This document shows positions 18,930 to 29,638 of a stretch of DNA of 30,161 nt, one piece after another. Source of the stretch: Oligoflexus sp. (lineage in GTDB: Bacteria > Bdellovibrionota_B > Oligoflexia > Oligoflexales > Oligoflexaceae); assembly GCA_041736305.1 (NCBI GenBank), contig JBGSTX010000322.1:1-30161 (forward strand), read 5' to 3'. The position numbers and the translations under genes were made by a program. Within the stretch, counting starts at the first letter, position 1. Each line of letters opens with the position of its first letter. Under the pieces are notes generated by a model. It saw nothing but the letters and a program-made list of their open reading frames with translations. It was not told the origin of the DNA and did not search any database.

Positions 18930-18988
18930 GCTTGATCCAGTGGCTCGATCCCTGGGTCGAAGCGCTGCTGGAGGCTTGAGTAAAGTTG

Positions 18989-20023
18989 ATGGGTAAGAAA
19001 ACGCGCATCCCGATCCGACCCTCTCTTTCCCGCGAGATGATCGTACATCCCGATCTCGACGCTGTGCGGGCTTCTCACGTCCAATCTTACGAGGAGCAGC
19101 GCCGGCGGCTTGGCAAAGCCACCGAAAGGTTGCGGCATTATTTCGATGTCGATCAGCCCGCTTTCACGCGCTGGTGGCAGGAAAGGTTCTCTCAAGAACT
19201 CCTGCTGCACATGCAGCTCGAAGACGACCATCTCAAGCTGCAGAGACTTTTATTCGAAGTAAACCAGTATAAGCTAGTCATGCAATGCAACTACGCCTTT
19301 GCCTATGCGGCGCTTACAGCATCTCTCGCGGACGGCACCCGCGAGCAGCTGATGCAAGAGGTCTACGAGAAGCTTAGGCAAGCAGAAGCAGAAGCAGAAG
19401 CAAAGGCAAAAGCTGCTAAGAAAGAAGAGCAGGACAAGGAGCGCCCAACGCGGCGAAGGATACAAGAGCCGAAGGGAAGAGCAGCGGAAGCGACGAAGGA
19501 AGCGAGTCCACAAAATCCAGAAGCCTCGTCCCTTGTGGATCAAACCGAATCCTATATCCGAAAAATATACCGCGATATAGTCCGGCTCCTTCACCCCGAT
19601 GCCAACGGTGGCCGTGAGCCCTCCGAGGAGGAGAAAGTCCTGTGGACTGAACTACAGAACGCTTACCAGTGGCGGGACCTAGAGAGGATCGAGCAAATCT
19701 ACACGACCGTGAAGGGGCAGGCTGCGCGCACCCTTAACTTCGCGAAGTTGCCGATAGGCGACATCATCGCGATGAAAGAAAGCCTGCAGGAAAAGCTGCA
19801 GGTGCTGACAAAGGAACTGCGAGGATATAAAAGAGAGGCTAATTGGAACTTTGAAAAGCGCCGGAAAGAACCAGGCTTCCTCCGGCAGCTGGCTGGAGCT
19901 ATCGAGATTGAGCTTCGCGAGGAAACCTATGCGCTCCGTGAAGAGATCACTCGTCTCCAGAAGCAGTTCAAAGCCTGGGCAAAACCCTCCAGGTCCAGAA
20001 ACTCCTCCCAAGCTAACGCCTAG
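18989..20023 (+). CDS. J-domain-containing coiled-coil protein
   Basis: Internal IRKIYRDIVRLLHPD...WTELQNAY J-domain signature flanked by helical, charged segments. Confidence 0.75.
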   Translation: MGKKTRIPIRPSLSREMIVHPDLDAVRASHVQSYEEQRRRLGKATERLRHYFDVDQPAFTRWWQERFSQELLLHMQLEDDHLKLQRLLFEVNQYKLVMQCNYAFAYAALTASLADGTREQLMQEVYEKLRQAEAEAEAKAKAAKKEEQDKERPTRRRIQEPKGRAAEATKEASPQNPEASSLVDQTESYIRKIYRDIVRLLHPDANGGREPSEEEKVLWTELQNAYQWRDLERIEQIYTTVKGQAARTLNFAKLPIGDIIAMKESLQEKLQVLTKELRGYKREANWNFEKRRKEPGFLRQLAGAIEIELREETYALREEITRLQKQFKAWAKPSRSRNSSQANA

Positions 20024-20388
20024 GTCTTAGAACGACTCCGCCGAAAATCGACTGTTATCACTTCGCCCATAGCTTGGGGGGCGCTGCTTTCTTCAGCTTT
20101 CGTCCCCGCTTCGGCTTCTGCTTCCGCTTTTGCCTTCAACTCGCTAGCGAGGCGGACCTTCTTACTCAGATCCGCCTTTTCTTTTTTACCAGGCTGCAGT
20201 GCTTTATGCCGTTCTTTAGCTTTTTGATAAAGCTCGCGTCGCTGCACTTTGGCGGCTTCCTTGCGCGCTATTTCCTTAGGGTCGTTTTTCTTGAATTCTT
20301 TAGCGCGAAGATAAGCCTCACGGCGCATTTTTTTGGCAAATTCTTTTCGCGAAGCTTTTTTTTCTTCAAAGGATTCGTCTTTGCTCAT
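20020..20388 (-). CDS. Small Lys/Glu/Arg-rich hypothetical protein
   Basis: Start MSKDES at 20388 after AAGGGG, just downstream of uvrC; ends in VITVDF; stop overlaps the convergent J-domain gene stop (CTAG). Confidence 0.65.
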   Translation of the reverse strand: MSKDESFEEKKASRKEFAKKMRREAYLRAKEFKKNDPKEIARKEAAKVQRRELYQKAKERHKALQPGKKEKADLSKKVRLASELKAKAEAEAEAGTKAEESSAPQAMGEVITVDFRRSRSKT

Positions 20389-20422
20389 GGGAGGCCCCTT
20401 TCTTCTGGCGATAAATAATCGC

Positions 20423-22276
20423 TTAGTTGGACGTTGATTCCTGATGCAGTGCGGTGAAGAGATTGAGGGCTGTTTTTTCACTCAGGCCCTTAATCGTCTG
20501 CAGTCGCTCCAAACTAGCTCCTCGCAGCTGTTCTATACTGCCGAATTCGATGAGGAGCCTCTTTTTGAGAGTGGGCCCAATACCCGGGATATCGTCGAGA
20601 ACGGAGCTATGGGATATGGCCTGCCTTTTCTTTCGATGATAGGTGATGGCGAAGCGGTGTGCTTCGTCACGGATACGGGTAACGAGGCGAAAGACGGGGC
20701 TGCCTTCCTCAAGTTCGATAGGTAATTCCCTATCCGGTAGCACCAATCGCTCCTTACTCGAGCTGATCCTCTGCGCATCGTCCCGCGGACCTTTATCAAG
20801 CCGGCTCTTAGCTAGACCCACGAGCGGCAACCCAAGTTGAGGGAATCGTTCGAGCACCTGCATAGCCGCCTGCACCTGCGGCCTGCCTCCATCAATAATG
20901 AGCAGGTCAGGGAGATCGTCCTCTCTGACCCCACGTTCCAGACGCCTCTGCACTACCTCTCTTATTGAAGCGAAGTCGTCCGGAGTATCAGTAACCGTTT
21001 TAATTTCGTAGCGGCGGTAATGCTGCTTCGCAGGCTTACCCATGATGAAACATACGTCAGAGGCAACAATAGCCATGCCTTGCAGATTAGAGATATCGAT
21101 GCACTCTATACGCTCAGGCAAGTGCGGAAGGTCGAGAGCTTCCTGCAAGAGCTGAAGCCCAACCTGAGACTGCTGCCGGGTATTTAGCTGAGTCTCAAGC
21201 TGATGCACGGCATTCCGCTCGGCGATGTCGATTAGATCCCGCTCTTCGCTGCTCTTCGCTGCAGTGATCGTGCTAGTGCAGGGGTTCGGTTGACAAATCA
21301 CAGCCGCCAGATCCTCGCTTAGCTCAGATCGATCACGCACAAAAACCTTAGCTGGCACAGCCCGCTGTGCGTAGTATTGGAGAATAAATGATGCCAGGGC
21401 TTCTTGGGGGCTTTCCGCTGAACTCGGTACCATGAAGTGATCGCCACCTAGCATGGCGCGATTGCGTACGCTGAGGACATGAAAGGCAATATAGCCTTCC
21501 TTTTCATGAAAGCCGATCGCGTCGGCGTCGACAGTCTCATTCAGGATCGCCACCTGATGATCCTTCAGCTGCGAAACAGCCCGCATCTGATCGCGCAGCT
21601 GGGCGGCGAGTTCGTAGCGTTCCTTCCGTGCCGCTTCATCCATCTTCTTCGTCAGATCATTGAGCAAATCTCCAACGTTGCCTTCGAGCAGGGCGATCGC
21701 CGATTGCATGATTCCGAGGTAGACATCGCGCTCTATCGGCAAGGTACAGGGACCGAGACACATTTTCATGTGATAGTAATTGCAGGGGCGCTTGGCGGCC
21801 TTGAACTCGTGCGGCGAACAGCGAATCAGAGGGAAAATTCGGTAAACCTGCCTCAGAAGCATGCTGAGCCGCGAGGCGCTGCCGAAGGGGCCTATGTAGT
21901 GGGCGCCATCGTCTTTACGCCGCCTGACCTTTTCTAGCCGTGGCCAAGGATCTGCCAGGCATACTCTGAGGACGGGGTATTCCTTATCGTCGCGCAATAA
22001 AATATTAAAGCGAGGCTGGTGATGACGGATCAAAGTTCGTTCGAGCAGCAAGGCCTCAACTTCTGTCTTGGTCAACATCAGGTCGAAATCTCGAATGTCG
22101 GCAACCAGCGCCTGAGTCTTATAGCTGTGCTGCTTGGAATTCTGAAAATAGCTGGAGACCCGGTTCTTAAGGTTTTTAGCCTTACCGACATAGATGATAG
22201 AACCCTTTTTATCCTTCATCAGATACACGCCCGAGTCCTGGGGCAACTGTTTCAGCTTTTCTTCAACAAGAGTCAT
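20423..22276 (-). CDS. uvrC: Excinuclease ABC subunit C
   Basis: GIY-YIG domain (GVYLMKD...[10 protein letters not shown]), UVR domain, [22 protein letters not shown]-terminal HhH (IPGIGP). Confidence 0.97.
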   Translation of the reverse strand: MTLVEEKLKQLPQDSGVYLMKDKKGSIIYVGKAKNLKNRVSSYFQNSKQHSYKTQALVADIRDFDLMLTKTEVEALLLERTLIRHHQPRFNILLRDDKEYPVLRVCLADPWPRLEKVRRRKDDGAHYIGPFGSASRLSMLLRQVYRIFPLIRCSPHEFKAAKRPCNYYHMKMCLGPCTLPIERDVYLGIMQSAIALLEGNVGDLLNDLTKKMDEAARKERYELAAQLRDQMRAVSQLKDHQVAILNETVDADAIGFHEKEGYIAFHVLSVRNRAMLGGDHFMVPSSAESPQEALASFILQYYAQRAVPAKVFVRDRSELSEDLAAVICQPNPCTSTITAAKSSEERDLIDIAERNAVHQLETQLNTRQQSQVGLQLLQEALDLPHLPERIECIDISNLQGMAIVASDVCFIMGKPAKQHYRRYEIKTVTDTPDDFASIREVVQRRLERGVREDDLPDLLIIDGGRPQVQAAMQVLERFPQLGLPLVGLAKSRLDKGPRDDAQRISSSKERLVLPDRELPIELEEGSPVFRLVTRIRDEAHRFAITYHRKKRQAISHSSVLDDIPGIGPTLKKRLLIEFGSIEQLRGASLERLQTIKGLSEKTALNLFTALHQESTSN

Positions 22277-24306
22277 GTCGGTGTCTCGAGCCCTTCACCC
22301 GCGTAGGCTAAGAGAGTGTCTTTGAGGGCGGCTATAGTATCGCGAACCTCGGCTGCCTTCTCAAAATCGAGTTCGGCGGCAAGCTTTTGCATTTCCTTGG
22401 TCTTTTTCGTAATAAGCTTTTCTAGTTCGCGCTGGTTCTTAATATGATGTTCTTTCAAAAGACCTTCGACCGCTGCCTTAGGCCGTCGATGGTCGTCGCT
22501 GCTGATGCCGTAGATTTCTCTAAGGCCCGGTTGCATCTCTTTTTTGATCGACTGCGGAGTGATGCCGTGCAGGGTATTGTAATCTTCCTGGATCTTGCGA
22601 CGGCGATCGGTTTCATCAAGGCACTGGCGCATGGCATCTGTAATTCTGTCTGCGTAGAATATCACGCGCCCATCGGCGTTCCGCGCGGCACGACCGACTG
22701 TTTGGATGAGCGAAGAGCGGGAGCGTAGAAAGCCTTCTTTGTCGGCATCCATGATGGCGACGAGGCGAACTTCGGGAAGATCCAGGCCTTCGCGAAGCAG
22801 GTTGATCCCTATCAGGACATCGATCTCACCGGAGCGTAAGTCGCGCAGAATTTCTGAGCGTTCGAGACTGTCAATGTCGGAGTGCAGGTAGCGAACCTTG
22901 ACACCTAGATCTTTGTAGTAGCTCGTCAGGTCTTCGGCCATGCGTTTGGTCAGCGTCGTGATGAGAATCCGCCCACTCAGTACAGTCGTCCGGCGAATTT
23001 CGTCGAGCAAGTCGTCGACCTGATGCGTAGTAGGCCTTATCTCAATCTGTGGATCGACCAGCCCTGTCGGACGGATAATTTGTTCAAAATATTTGCCTGC
23101 AGTCTGTTCGAGCTCGAATTTCCCCGGCGTAGCTGAAACGTAGACGATTTTATCAGAGCGTTCGAGGAACTCATCGAATTTAAGAGGTCTGTTGTCGAGG
23201 GCTGCCGGCAGACGAAAGCCGAAGTTGACCAAAGTTGCTTTGCGAGCCCTATCTCCACGATACATGGCCCCGATCTGAGGAACGGTGATGTGACTTTCGT
23301 CGATGATAGTCAAAAAGCCTTCAGGAAAATAGTCGAGCAGCGTCGGTGGCGGTTGCCCCGGCTCGGACTGGGTTAGATAGCGAGAGTAGTTTTCGATTCC
23401 TGGGCAGAAGCCCAGTTCTTCAAGAAGTTCTACATCGTGCATAGTCCGCTGCTCGAGGCGCTGGTATTCAACAAGTTTGCCTTGCTCCCTGAATTCGCGG
23501 AGGCGAATTCCGAGATCGCTGAGAATCTCGCGAACGATCCCCTTCATGTCATCGCGTTCAGTGACGTAGTGGGAGTTAGGATAGATCGATAGTGACTCCA
23601 CCTGCCGCAGCTTTTTCCCGGTGAGGAGGTCGAAGATCGAGATGGTTTCTATTTCATCGCCGAAAAATTCGACGCGTATGCCTTGGTCCTTCTGATGGGA
23701 AGGTAGAATATCGACCACATCTCCCCGCACCCGGAAGGTACCCCGCTGCAAGGCCACATCATTGCGCGAGTACTGGATGTCGATCAAGCTGCGGAGGAAA
23801 GTGTTGCGGGGAGTTTGCTCTCCAACTTTGATCTTAACCACAAGGCTGGCATAGCTTTCGGGAGAGCCCATACCATAGATACAACTGACACTGGCGATGA
23901 TGATGGTATCGCGTCGCTCGAACAGCGCCTGAGTCGCGGCATGGCGCATCTTGTCGATATCGTCGTTGATTAGAGCATCTTTGGCGATGTAGGTGTCGGT
24001 CCCAGGGATATAAGCTTCGGGTTGATAATAGTCGTAGTAGCTGATGAAGAAGCCAACAGCACTAGTCGGAAAGAGCTGTCGAAATTCAGTGAAGAGCTGG
24101 GCCGCCAGGGTCTTATTGGGGGCGATGATCAGTGTCGGGCGGCGGACGCGGCTGATGATATTGGCCATTGTGAAAGTCTTGCCGGAACCGGTTACGCCGA
24201 GAAGAACGGAATGTTTGGTACCGGCCTCTAGGGACTCGACGATTCCTTCTATGGCTTTCGGCTGGTCGCCACGTGGAACTAAGGATTCGGTAAGCTGAAA
24301 TTCCAT
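22273..24306 (-). CDS. uvrB: Excinuclease ABC subunit B
   Basis: Walker [47 protein letters not shown]-terminal UVR domain. Start MEFQL at 24306 after GAGGGG; overlaps the uvrC start. Confidence 0.98.
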   Translation of the reverse strand: MEFQLTESLVPRGDQPKAIEGIVESLEAGTKHSVLLGVTGSGKTFTMANIISRVRRPTLIIAPNKTLAAQLFTEFRQLFPTSAVGFFISYYDYYQPEAYIPGTDTYIAKDALINDDIDKMRHAATQALFERRDTIIIASVSCIYGMGSPESYASLVVKIKVGEQTPRNTFLRSLIDIQYSRNDVALQRGTFRVRGDVVDILPSHQKDQGIRVEFFGDEIETISIFDLLTGKKLRQVESLSIYPNSHYVTERDDMKGIVREILSDLGIRLREFREQGKLVEYQRLEQRTMHDVELLEELGFCPGIENYSRYLTQSEPGQPPPTLLDYFPEGFLTIIDESHITVPQIGAMYRGDRARKATLVNFGFRLPAALDNRPLKFDEFLERSDKIVYVSATPGKFELEQTAGKYFEQIIRPTGLVDPQIEIRPTTHQVDDLLDEIRRTTVLSGRILITTLTKRMAEDLTSYYKDLGVKVRYLHSDIDSLERSEILRDLRSGEIDVLIGINLLREGLDLPEVRLVAIMDADKEGFLRSRSSLIQTVGRAARNADGRVIFYADRITDAMRQCLDETDRRRKIQEDYNTLHGITPQSIKKEMQPGLREIYGISSDDHRRPKAAVEGLLKEHHIKNQRELEKLITKKTKEMQKLAAELDFEKAAEVRDTIAALKDTLLAYAGEGLETPT

Positions 24307-24410
24307 GGACTGCTTCCCCTCTTGACGACTACCATACATCCGTCATGGATTGTCGCAAAACTCAGTCGGGAATTGAACCATTTCTTGAGCTTTTTTCTGT
24401 TTCTTATCGG

Positions 24411-27400
24411 TCAAGTTAGCGGGATGCTGGATAAGGCCCCCTGTTTTTTGCTGGTATAGAGGAGGACGGTTTCAATGAGTTCACGGCGCTTGATAGGCTT
24501 TGTCAGGTGATCGGTATAGCCTACATTGAGGCACTTCCGTCGAACCTCACTCATAGCATGGGCGGTCAGGGCGATGACGGGCTTAATGTAGCCAACATCC
24601 CGGAGTTTCTGAGTAGCCGTGTAGCCGTCCATCTCCGGCATCTGAATGTCCATGAGCACGAGATCATAGTCTTGGATGAGAGCTTTGCGGTAACCATCGA
24701 GGCCGTTTTCCGCAAATTCTACTGCCGCTCCCAGTTTGGTCAAAAGATGGCCGATCAGCCGTCGGTTGTCCAACGAATCGTCGACGACAAGAATCTTTAG
24801 ACCATTCAGGGCATTAGGAGCGATTTCTTGCTGACGAAGCACGTCTGGCTTGACAGAGTCTGTACTAGCTATCATGGACGGTTGATCCAAAATTTGAATT
24901 GAGAAGGTTGAACCTCGCCCCTCGGCCGATTGAACAAGCAGCAAATCTCCTCGGAGTTGTCGTGCGAGCTGGCGCGACAAAGCTAGACCGAGGCCAGTTC
25001 CGCCAAATCGCCTAGAAAGGCTGCCATCGGCCTGAACGAATGCCAAGAAAATTTTATCATGGGCCTCTTCCGCTATGCCTATTCCAGTGTCGCTTACCTC
25101 GAGGTAGAGACTCTGCTCTCCGGTCGCAGACTTGAGCCCATAGGAGCGGAGCTTTACGGTACCGCTTGGAGTAAACTTGATCGCGTTACCTAGTACGTTG
25201 ATAAGAATCTGGCGAAGCCGAAGGGGATCTGTGCTAAACGCGGCCGGGGTTGACGACTCGCAAATGAACTCAAGTGAAAGAGACTTCTCATCCGCTTTAA
25301 CCCTTAAGAGGTCGAGAACTTCTCGGGCAATTTCTTCCGGTTTGCTGAGCAAATATTCAAAAGTCATATGACCCGCTTCGATTTTTGAAAGGTCTAGAAT
25401 ATCGTTGATAATACTCGAAAGCTGCTCACCATTGCTGCTTATGATGTTGAGGTAGTTGGCATGCTCCTCAGCAGACAGGTTTCTATCGCGCAGGAGATCT
25501 GCGAAGCCGAGAATAGCACCAAGAGGAGTACGGATTTCGTGTGACATGTTGGCCAGAAACGCAGATTTGAGCCGGTTCGCTCGCTCGGCCTCTTCTTTAG
25601 CACTGCTGAGCTCGGACTGGGTACTGATCTGATCGTGAATGTCGGTCGCGGTTCCAAACCACTGCTTGAGCTTACCGTCTTTGCCAAGGAGCGGAGTGCC
25701 ACGGCTCAGGTGCCAGCGGAAACTTCCATCCTTCATTTGCATGCGGTGCTGACATTGGTATTCAAGCTTAGAGTTTACCGCGACGCTCCAAGCGACTTCC
25801 GTTGCCTCAACGTCATCGGGATGAATTAGCAGCTCCCATTCCCAGCGGTTTTCGGAGGTCCTGGCGCCAGCATAAAGTCCGATCCGATGATTGTAGTAAG
25901 TAACCTCGCCCTCGGCATTTGCGGTCCAAACTAACTGCGGCAGAGATTCGGAGATGGTTCGAAAACGATTTTCAGAAGCTGATAACTCCTCCTGAATGCG
26001 CCTCTGCTCAGAAATATTTATAATAAAGCTGACCCCAGAGTTGGCAGAATCTTCGAAGATGGCTGATCCTATGAGAATGGGAACAGGGTGGCCGTCCTTG
26101 TGGAGATACTCTTTTTCATAGGGTCGATGACTGCCTGTCGTCAGCATTTCCGTCACCGCGAGGAGATCAGCGTGTTTCCATTCGGAGGGCGTCAGAGTTT
26201 GCCAGTTGATCTCACCTTTTTCAAGATCCTCTCGCGTATAACCCAACATCTCAAGGAATGCGTCGTTTGCATCTACTATTTCACCTTCGAGCTTCCAGTT
26301 GAGAATGCCGATGATGTTGGAGTCGGTGAGGCGCGTGATAGTTCGCTCAGCTTTTTTGAGTTCGCTCAAGTCTACAAGACTGATTAAAGCTACAGGATCC
26401 TGCCCATGTGCAGCCGGGACTTGGCTCGCCTGGATCAGGTAGTGCCAGATACCCCTGGGGGTTTTCCAGGTGAAGAGTTCACCTTCGATCGTTTCGCCTC
26501 GCGCAGCTCGCAGGCGAGGCCAGAGATCAGGAGGGAGTACCTCTCCTCGCTCATTCAGCACCTGATATTCGAGAGGATAATCGGCTTGTAAAGGTTTCAG
26601 GGCGTGATCGGTCATGTCCATGGCTGCGCGATTAGCGAAGGTAATATTGTTAGACTTTGGCTCGACGAAAACGACCCCGCTTTCAATTCTATCGAGGACC
26701 AGCTGCAGCCAATTTTTCTGATTGGCAATATGCTGTCTGGCACGAACCTGATCACTGACATCTACCGCCGTACCCAAGACGCCGTAAGGACTTCCATCGG
26801 AGTTGAGCAGTCTCTGATAGGTGAAGTCGAGAAAAAACTCCTTCATGGGTTCACCGGGAACCGAAGCCAGCAGATTGCGTGACTCGCGCAGCAGAAGTGG
26901 TTCACCCGTCGCCAAGACTTTACGAAGCGCTTCCGGGAAGGGGGTGTTCTCCAGTTCAGGTAGAGCTTCTAGCAAGCCCTTGCCGACTACGTCTCGGTTC
27001 CCGATTGCTTCTTGATAGGCAGTGTTGGTTTTTTCGAAGATTAGCTCAGGGCCCCGCACCAAGGCCATCATCGCTGGCGAGCACCTAAACAGACCTTCAA
27101 ACTTCTCCTTCTCTAAGATAGTTTCGGCATGAGCAACGCGCAGCTGTTCTTCGGCTCGAGCCAATGCTTCCGAGGCAAAGCTGAGGAGCAGACAAGACAA
27201 GAAAAAGATGCCAAAGCTAAAGCTAGTCTGAAAATTAAAGGATACGGGCCAAGCAAGCAGCAGAGCTCCGGCTAAAGCAGCAAAAGATGCGATAATATTA
27301 CTGCTCCGCTTGCCAAAAAAAACGCCTAGGACGACGGCGGGATAGAGAAAGAGGAAGTAGCGCTCGCCGACTAGCTCACGGCAGAGATACTGCAGAATGA

Positions 27401-27512
27401 CTCCAGCCCCAACAAAACATAAGGGGACCCACCAGACCAGAGAGGGATAACGCTCGAGAAGCTGAGATCTGCTAAAGATTGTGCCTTCTCCGATGCCTGA
27501 GCCTTGCTTCAT
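24411..27512 (-). CDS. Membrane-bound multi-PAS hybrid sensor histidine kinase / response regulator
   Basis: N-terminal TM helices; several PAS/PAC repeats; H-box FLANMSHEIRTPL; N-box LGNAIKFT; DTGIGI; GGTGLGL; receiver LMDIQMPEMDG. Confidence 0.95.
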   Translation of the reverse strand: MKQGSGIGEGTIFSRSQLLERYPSLVWWVPLCFVGAGVILQYLCRELVGERYFLFLYPAVVLGVFFGKRSSNIIASFAALAGALLLAWPVSFNFQTSFSFGIFFLSCLLLSFASEALARAEEQLRVAHAETILEKEKFEGLFRCSPAMMALVRGPELIFEKTNTAYQEAIGNRDVVGKGLLEALPELENTPFPEALRKVLATGEPLLLRESRNLLASVPGEPMKEFFLDFTYQRLLNSDGSPYGVLGTAVDVSDQVRARQHIANQKNWLQLVLDRIESGVVFVEPKSNNITFANRAAMDMTDHALKPLQADYPLEYQVLNERGEVLPPDLWPRLRAARGETIEGELFTWKTPRGIWHYLIQASQVPAAHGQDPVALISLVDLSELKKAERTITRLTDSNIIGILNWKLEGEIVDANDAFLEMLGYTREDLEKGEINWQTLTPSEWKHADLLAVTEMLTTGSHRPYEKEYLHKDGHPVPILIGSAIFEDSANSGVSFIINISEQRRIQEELSASENRFRTISESLPQLVWTANAEGEVTYYNHRIGLYAGARTSENRWEWELLIHPDDVEATEVAWSVAVNSKLEYQCQHRMQMKDGSFRWHLSRGTPLLGKDGKLKQWFGTATDIHDQISTQSELSSAKEEAERANRLKSAFLANMSHEIRTPLGAILGFADLLRDRNLSAEEHANYLNIISSNGEQLSSIINDILDLSKIEAGHMTFEYLLSKPEEIAREVLDLLRVKADEKSLSLEFICESSTPAAFSTDPLRLRQILINVLGNAIKFTPSGTVKLRSYGLKSATGEQSLYLEVSDTGIGIAEEAHDKIFLAFVQADGSLSRRFGGTGLGLALSRQLARQLRGDLLLVQSAEGRGSTFSIQILDQPSMIASTDSVKPDVLRQQEIAPNALNGLKILVVDDSLDNRRLIGHLLTKLGAAVEFAENGLDGYRKALIQDYDLVLMDIQMPEMDGYTATQKLRDVGYIKPVIALTAHAMSEVRRKCLNVGYTDHLTKPIKRRELIETVLLYTSKKQGALSSIPLT

Positions 27513-27708
27513 CCCGCTACCTCGCCGAAGGGGGCTTTGTCGTCCTCTTAGCCTTCAGGCTATGGGAACTTCGAGAGAAACCACTTACTAGGTCTTATGT
27601 CAATAGGTATCGGCAGTCTTCACGAAGGCGATATTTCGTCGAGGCCTTATAAGACTCAAGTCGGCAATTTCGACTTATAAAAACTTTAAAAGAAGATTCG
27701 GTTTTGCT

Positions 27709-29151
27709 TCAGATTGCCCATGTGTGAACAGGTTGGGCGGATTCCTGATTTTTACTATAAGCCGCCGTCATGGCATCTAAATCTTTGCCATGCGCCAAAA
27801 CCCACTTTCTCTGCCAGCTGGCTCCGTTCTGCATACTGGCGACCCTAGGCTCAAGAATGCGATCTAAATAGTAGCTAATCTCTTCGTCGCTGATCTTGAG
27901 GCTCTTAAGGCCGCGTCGAGCTGCCGGCAAGAGGTATTCGAGCAGCAGCGTCCGCAGCGATATCTCCCCTTTGTCCGCCCAGGATACGCGTGCGTTCAAG
28001 CCATATCTGGCAGCCGCATAGAAATTGCTTCTGGCCTGAGCGAATGGAATAAAATCTTGAGCCTTTCCCAGCTTGCCGGCCAGCTCGTGGCAGACGCCGA
28101 GCAAAAAGGCGAGATCGGCCACCATATCGTCAAGCGAGGGTCCTGCGCCCATCACTCTATGTTCAACGCGCAAAGAAGCTTGACCGTCCAAGCCAACGCC
28201 AATCACCGGGCGGTTCCATCGCCAGATAGTGCTGTTTTGCAGAGCCAGATGCGACAGGTCTTCAGGAGCTCGCTCACTTGTAAACGGCAAAAGTACAGGG
28301 AAGCCGTGGGCATTCTCCCAAAAGAGGTCCATCAGGCTTTCCTGGACATAGTCAGAACCGAAGGTCACTCGTTGCTGCCGCGAACCATCGAGAAGTGTGA
28401 AACCTGGCAGACAAACTGCCTGCTCAAAAAGAGCAATGCGCGTCTCATCCCATAGATCAACGCCTAACAAGTAAGGTGAATTTGCCGCTAAAGCTACGGA
28501 AGCGCACGATACGATCACCGCGGCGTTGAAAGTCCTATTCATCAGCTCATAGGGAGGTTGGATGTGAACCTGAAAAGAAGTTGCTCCAGCCTCTAGCATA
28601 ATATTGTCGTGAATCGCGCGCAGATGCTCATGTCCTTCAATATCAATCTCTAGTGCTTGACCGCGACGCAAATTAAGAACAGATTCATTGAGCGCACGGA
28701 AGCGATCGAAGTCTGACATCGAATCCAGAGACAGCATGGATTTCTTAAGCGTAGGTAGGGTGCCTATAGTCAAGGCGTGTCCATCTCTATCACGCATGGA
28801 TTGCTGGATGCGTTGCCATATTTCTTTGAGCTGGGAAGCTATCCTCTCAAGGCTGCCGGCTGCAATTCGTTCGGGTGGAGCGTTGAGTTCGGCATTAAAC
28901 TTTGAAAGTTCGGGTACGAGCATGGGATCGGCAATACTGGCGATGAGAGCCTTGTTTTCAGCTAGCGGCTGAAAATTTTTATCGACTAGCCACATTTCCA
29001 GTTCGAGACCAACGGTGTACCCATCTTTGCAGAGTGCAAAGCGCCCGTCTTGAAACCACTTCGCTAGGAGATTGGTTTCTTCACGCAGGCGGAGCAAAAA
29101 CCCGCTCATATCGACGCTGGAGCCTGATTTTAGGTCTATTTCCTGTCCCAT
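27709..29151 (-). CDS. Glutamate-cysteine ligase family (GCS2-like) protein
   Basis: VGLELEMWLVD, ELSKFNAELN, SFQVHIQ, ALAANSPYLLG, IWRWNRPV, RVEHRVM. Start MGQEI at 29151 after GAGGAGAAGG. Confidence 0.85.
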   Translation of the reverse strand: MGQEIDLKSGSSVDMSGFLLRLREETNLLAKWFQDGRFALCKDGYTVGLELEMWLVDKNFQPLAENKALIASIADPMLVPELSKFNAELNAPPERIAAGSLERIASQLKEIWQRIQQSMRDRDGHALTIGTLPTLKKSMLSLDSMSDFDRFRALNESVLNLRRGQALEIDIEGHEHLRAIHDNIMLEAGATSFQVHIQPPYELMNRTFNAAVIVSCASVALAANSPYLLGVDLWDETRIALFEQAVCLPGFTLLDGSRQQRVTFGSDYVQESLMDLFWENAHGFPVLLPFTSERAPEDLSHLALQNSTIWRWNRPVIGVGLDGQASLRVEHRVMGAGPSLDDMVADLAFLLGVCHELAGKLGKAQDFIPFAQARSNFYAAARYGLNARVSWADKGEISLRTLLLEYLLPAARRGLKSLKISDEEISYYLDRILEPRVASMQNGASWQRKWVLAHGKDLDAMTAAYSKNQESAQPVHTWAI

Positions 29152-29318
29152 CGCCTTCTCCTCTTCGTAGCCTTCTTCGATCATAGATCAAACTTGCTGC
29201 AAATAGAATGCCAAGGCCATATGCAGTCCTTCGCTTTTGTGTCGCTTGCAGAGGTAGATGTTCTAAAGCGAAGTCGACTGACGGAAAACTCTCTGTCGAA
29301 GAGAACTGTTTCTTGGTG

Positions 29319-29571
29319 GTCAACTACCCGCCTCGAAAGAGGCAGGCATATGAAGAGTGGTTCTGAACATGCCTCACGTTGACCCGCCCGAGCAAGAGAG
29401 GCAACTCTCAAGCTACGTTACGAGCGAATCAGATAGTAACCCCCGGATGCTTCACCAGTCTTGGGCTCTAAGGCAAGTGGTTAAACAGGAGTAAGGGGAT
29501 TAGGCCAGTGCTGCTTGCAAGTAAACCGCTCGATAACTTCGGCAAGGTGACCTTTACCCGCGCAAGCGGAG
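29319..29571 (+). ncRNA. HEARO / omega-RNA scaffold (IscB-associated OMEGA RNA); the guide would be the ~20 nt immediately 5' (about 29299-29318)
   Basis: Conserved HEARO-type motifs in order: GTCAAC (29319) pairing with GTTGAC (29378); GAGAG-GCAA-CTCTC hairpin; CTACGTT; ATAGTAACC..GGATGCTTCACCAGTC..GCTCT; TTAAACAG..CAGTG; AAACC..ATAAC..GGCAAGGTGAC.TTTACC; CCGC-GCAA-GCGG. Long-range pairs CGAGCG/CGCTCG and GCAAGTGG/CTGCTTGC, and pseudoknot TCACC/GGTGA, are all present. Confidence 0.85.
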
Positions 29572-29612
29572 TACCCTGGTGTAAGCCAGGACTGTCTCTC
29601 ACGAGACTGACA

Positions 29613-29638
29613 GCCGGGAAAGACCGGCACCTTTTTTT
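29613..29638 (+). terminator. Intrinsic-terminator-like hairpin downstream of the omega-RNA scaffold
   Basis: GCCGG-GAAAGA-CCGGC followed by ACC and T7. Confidence 0.55.

Noticed and set aside
19380-20140. AEAEAE/KAKA-encoding repeats in two convergent genes forming an apparent inverted repeat
   Set aside because: Low-complexity coding of helical linkers, not a DNA element.
29081-29411. Short ORFs (29081-29323, 29181-29411, 29194-29382) as a remnant iscB or tnpA
   Set aside because: No PLMP, RuvC, HNH or HUH motifs; they overlap the GCS2 start or the RNA scaffold.
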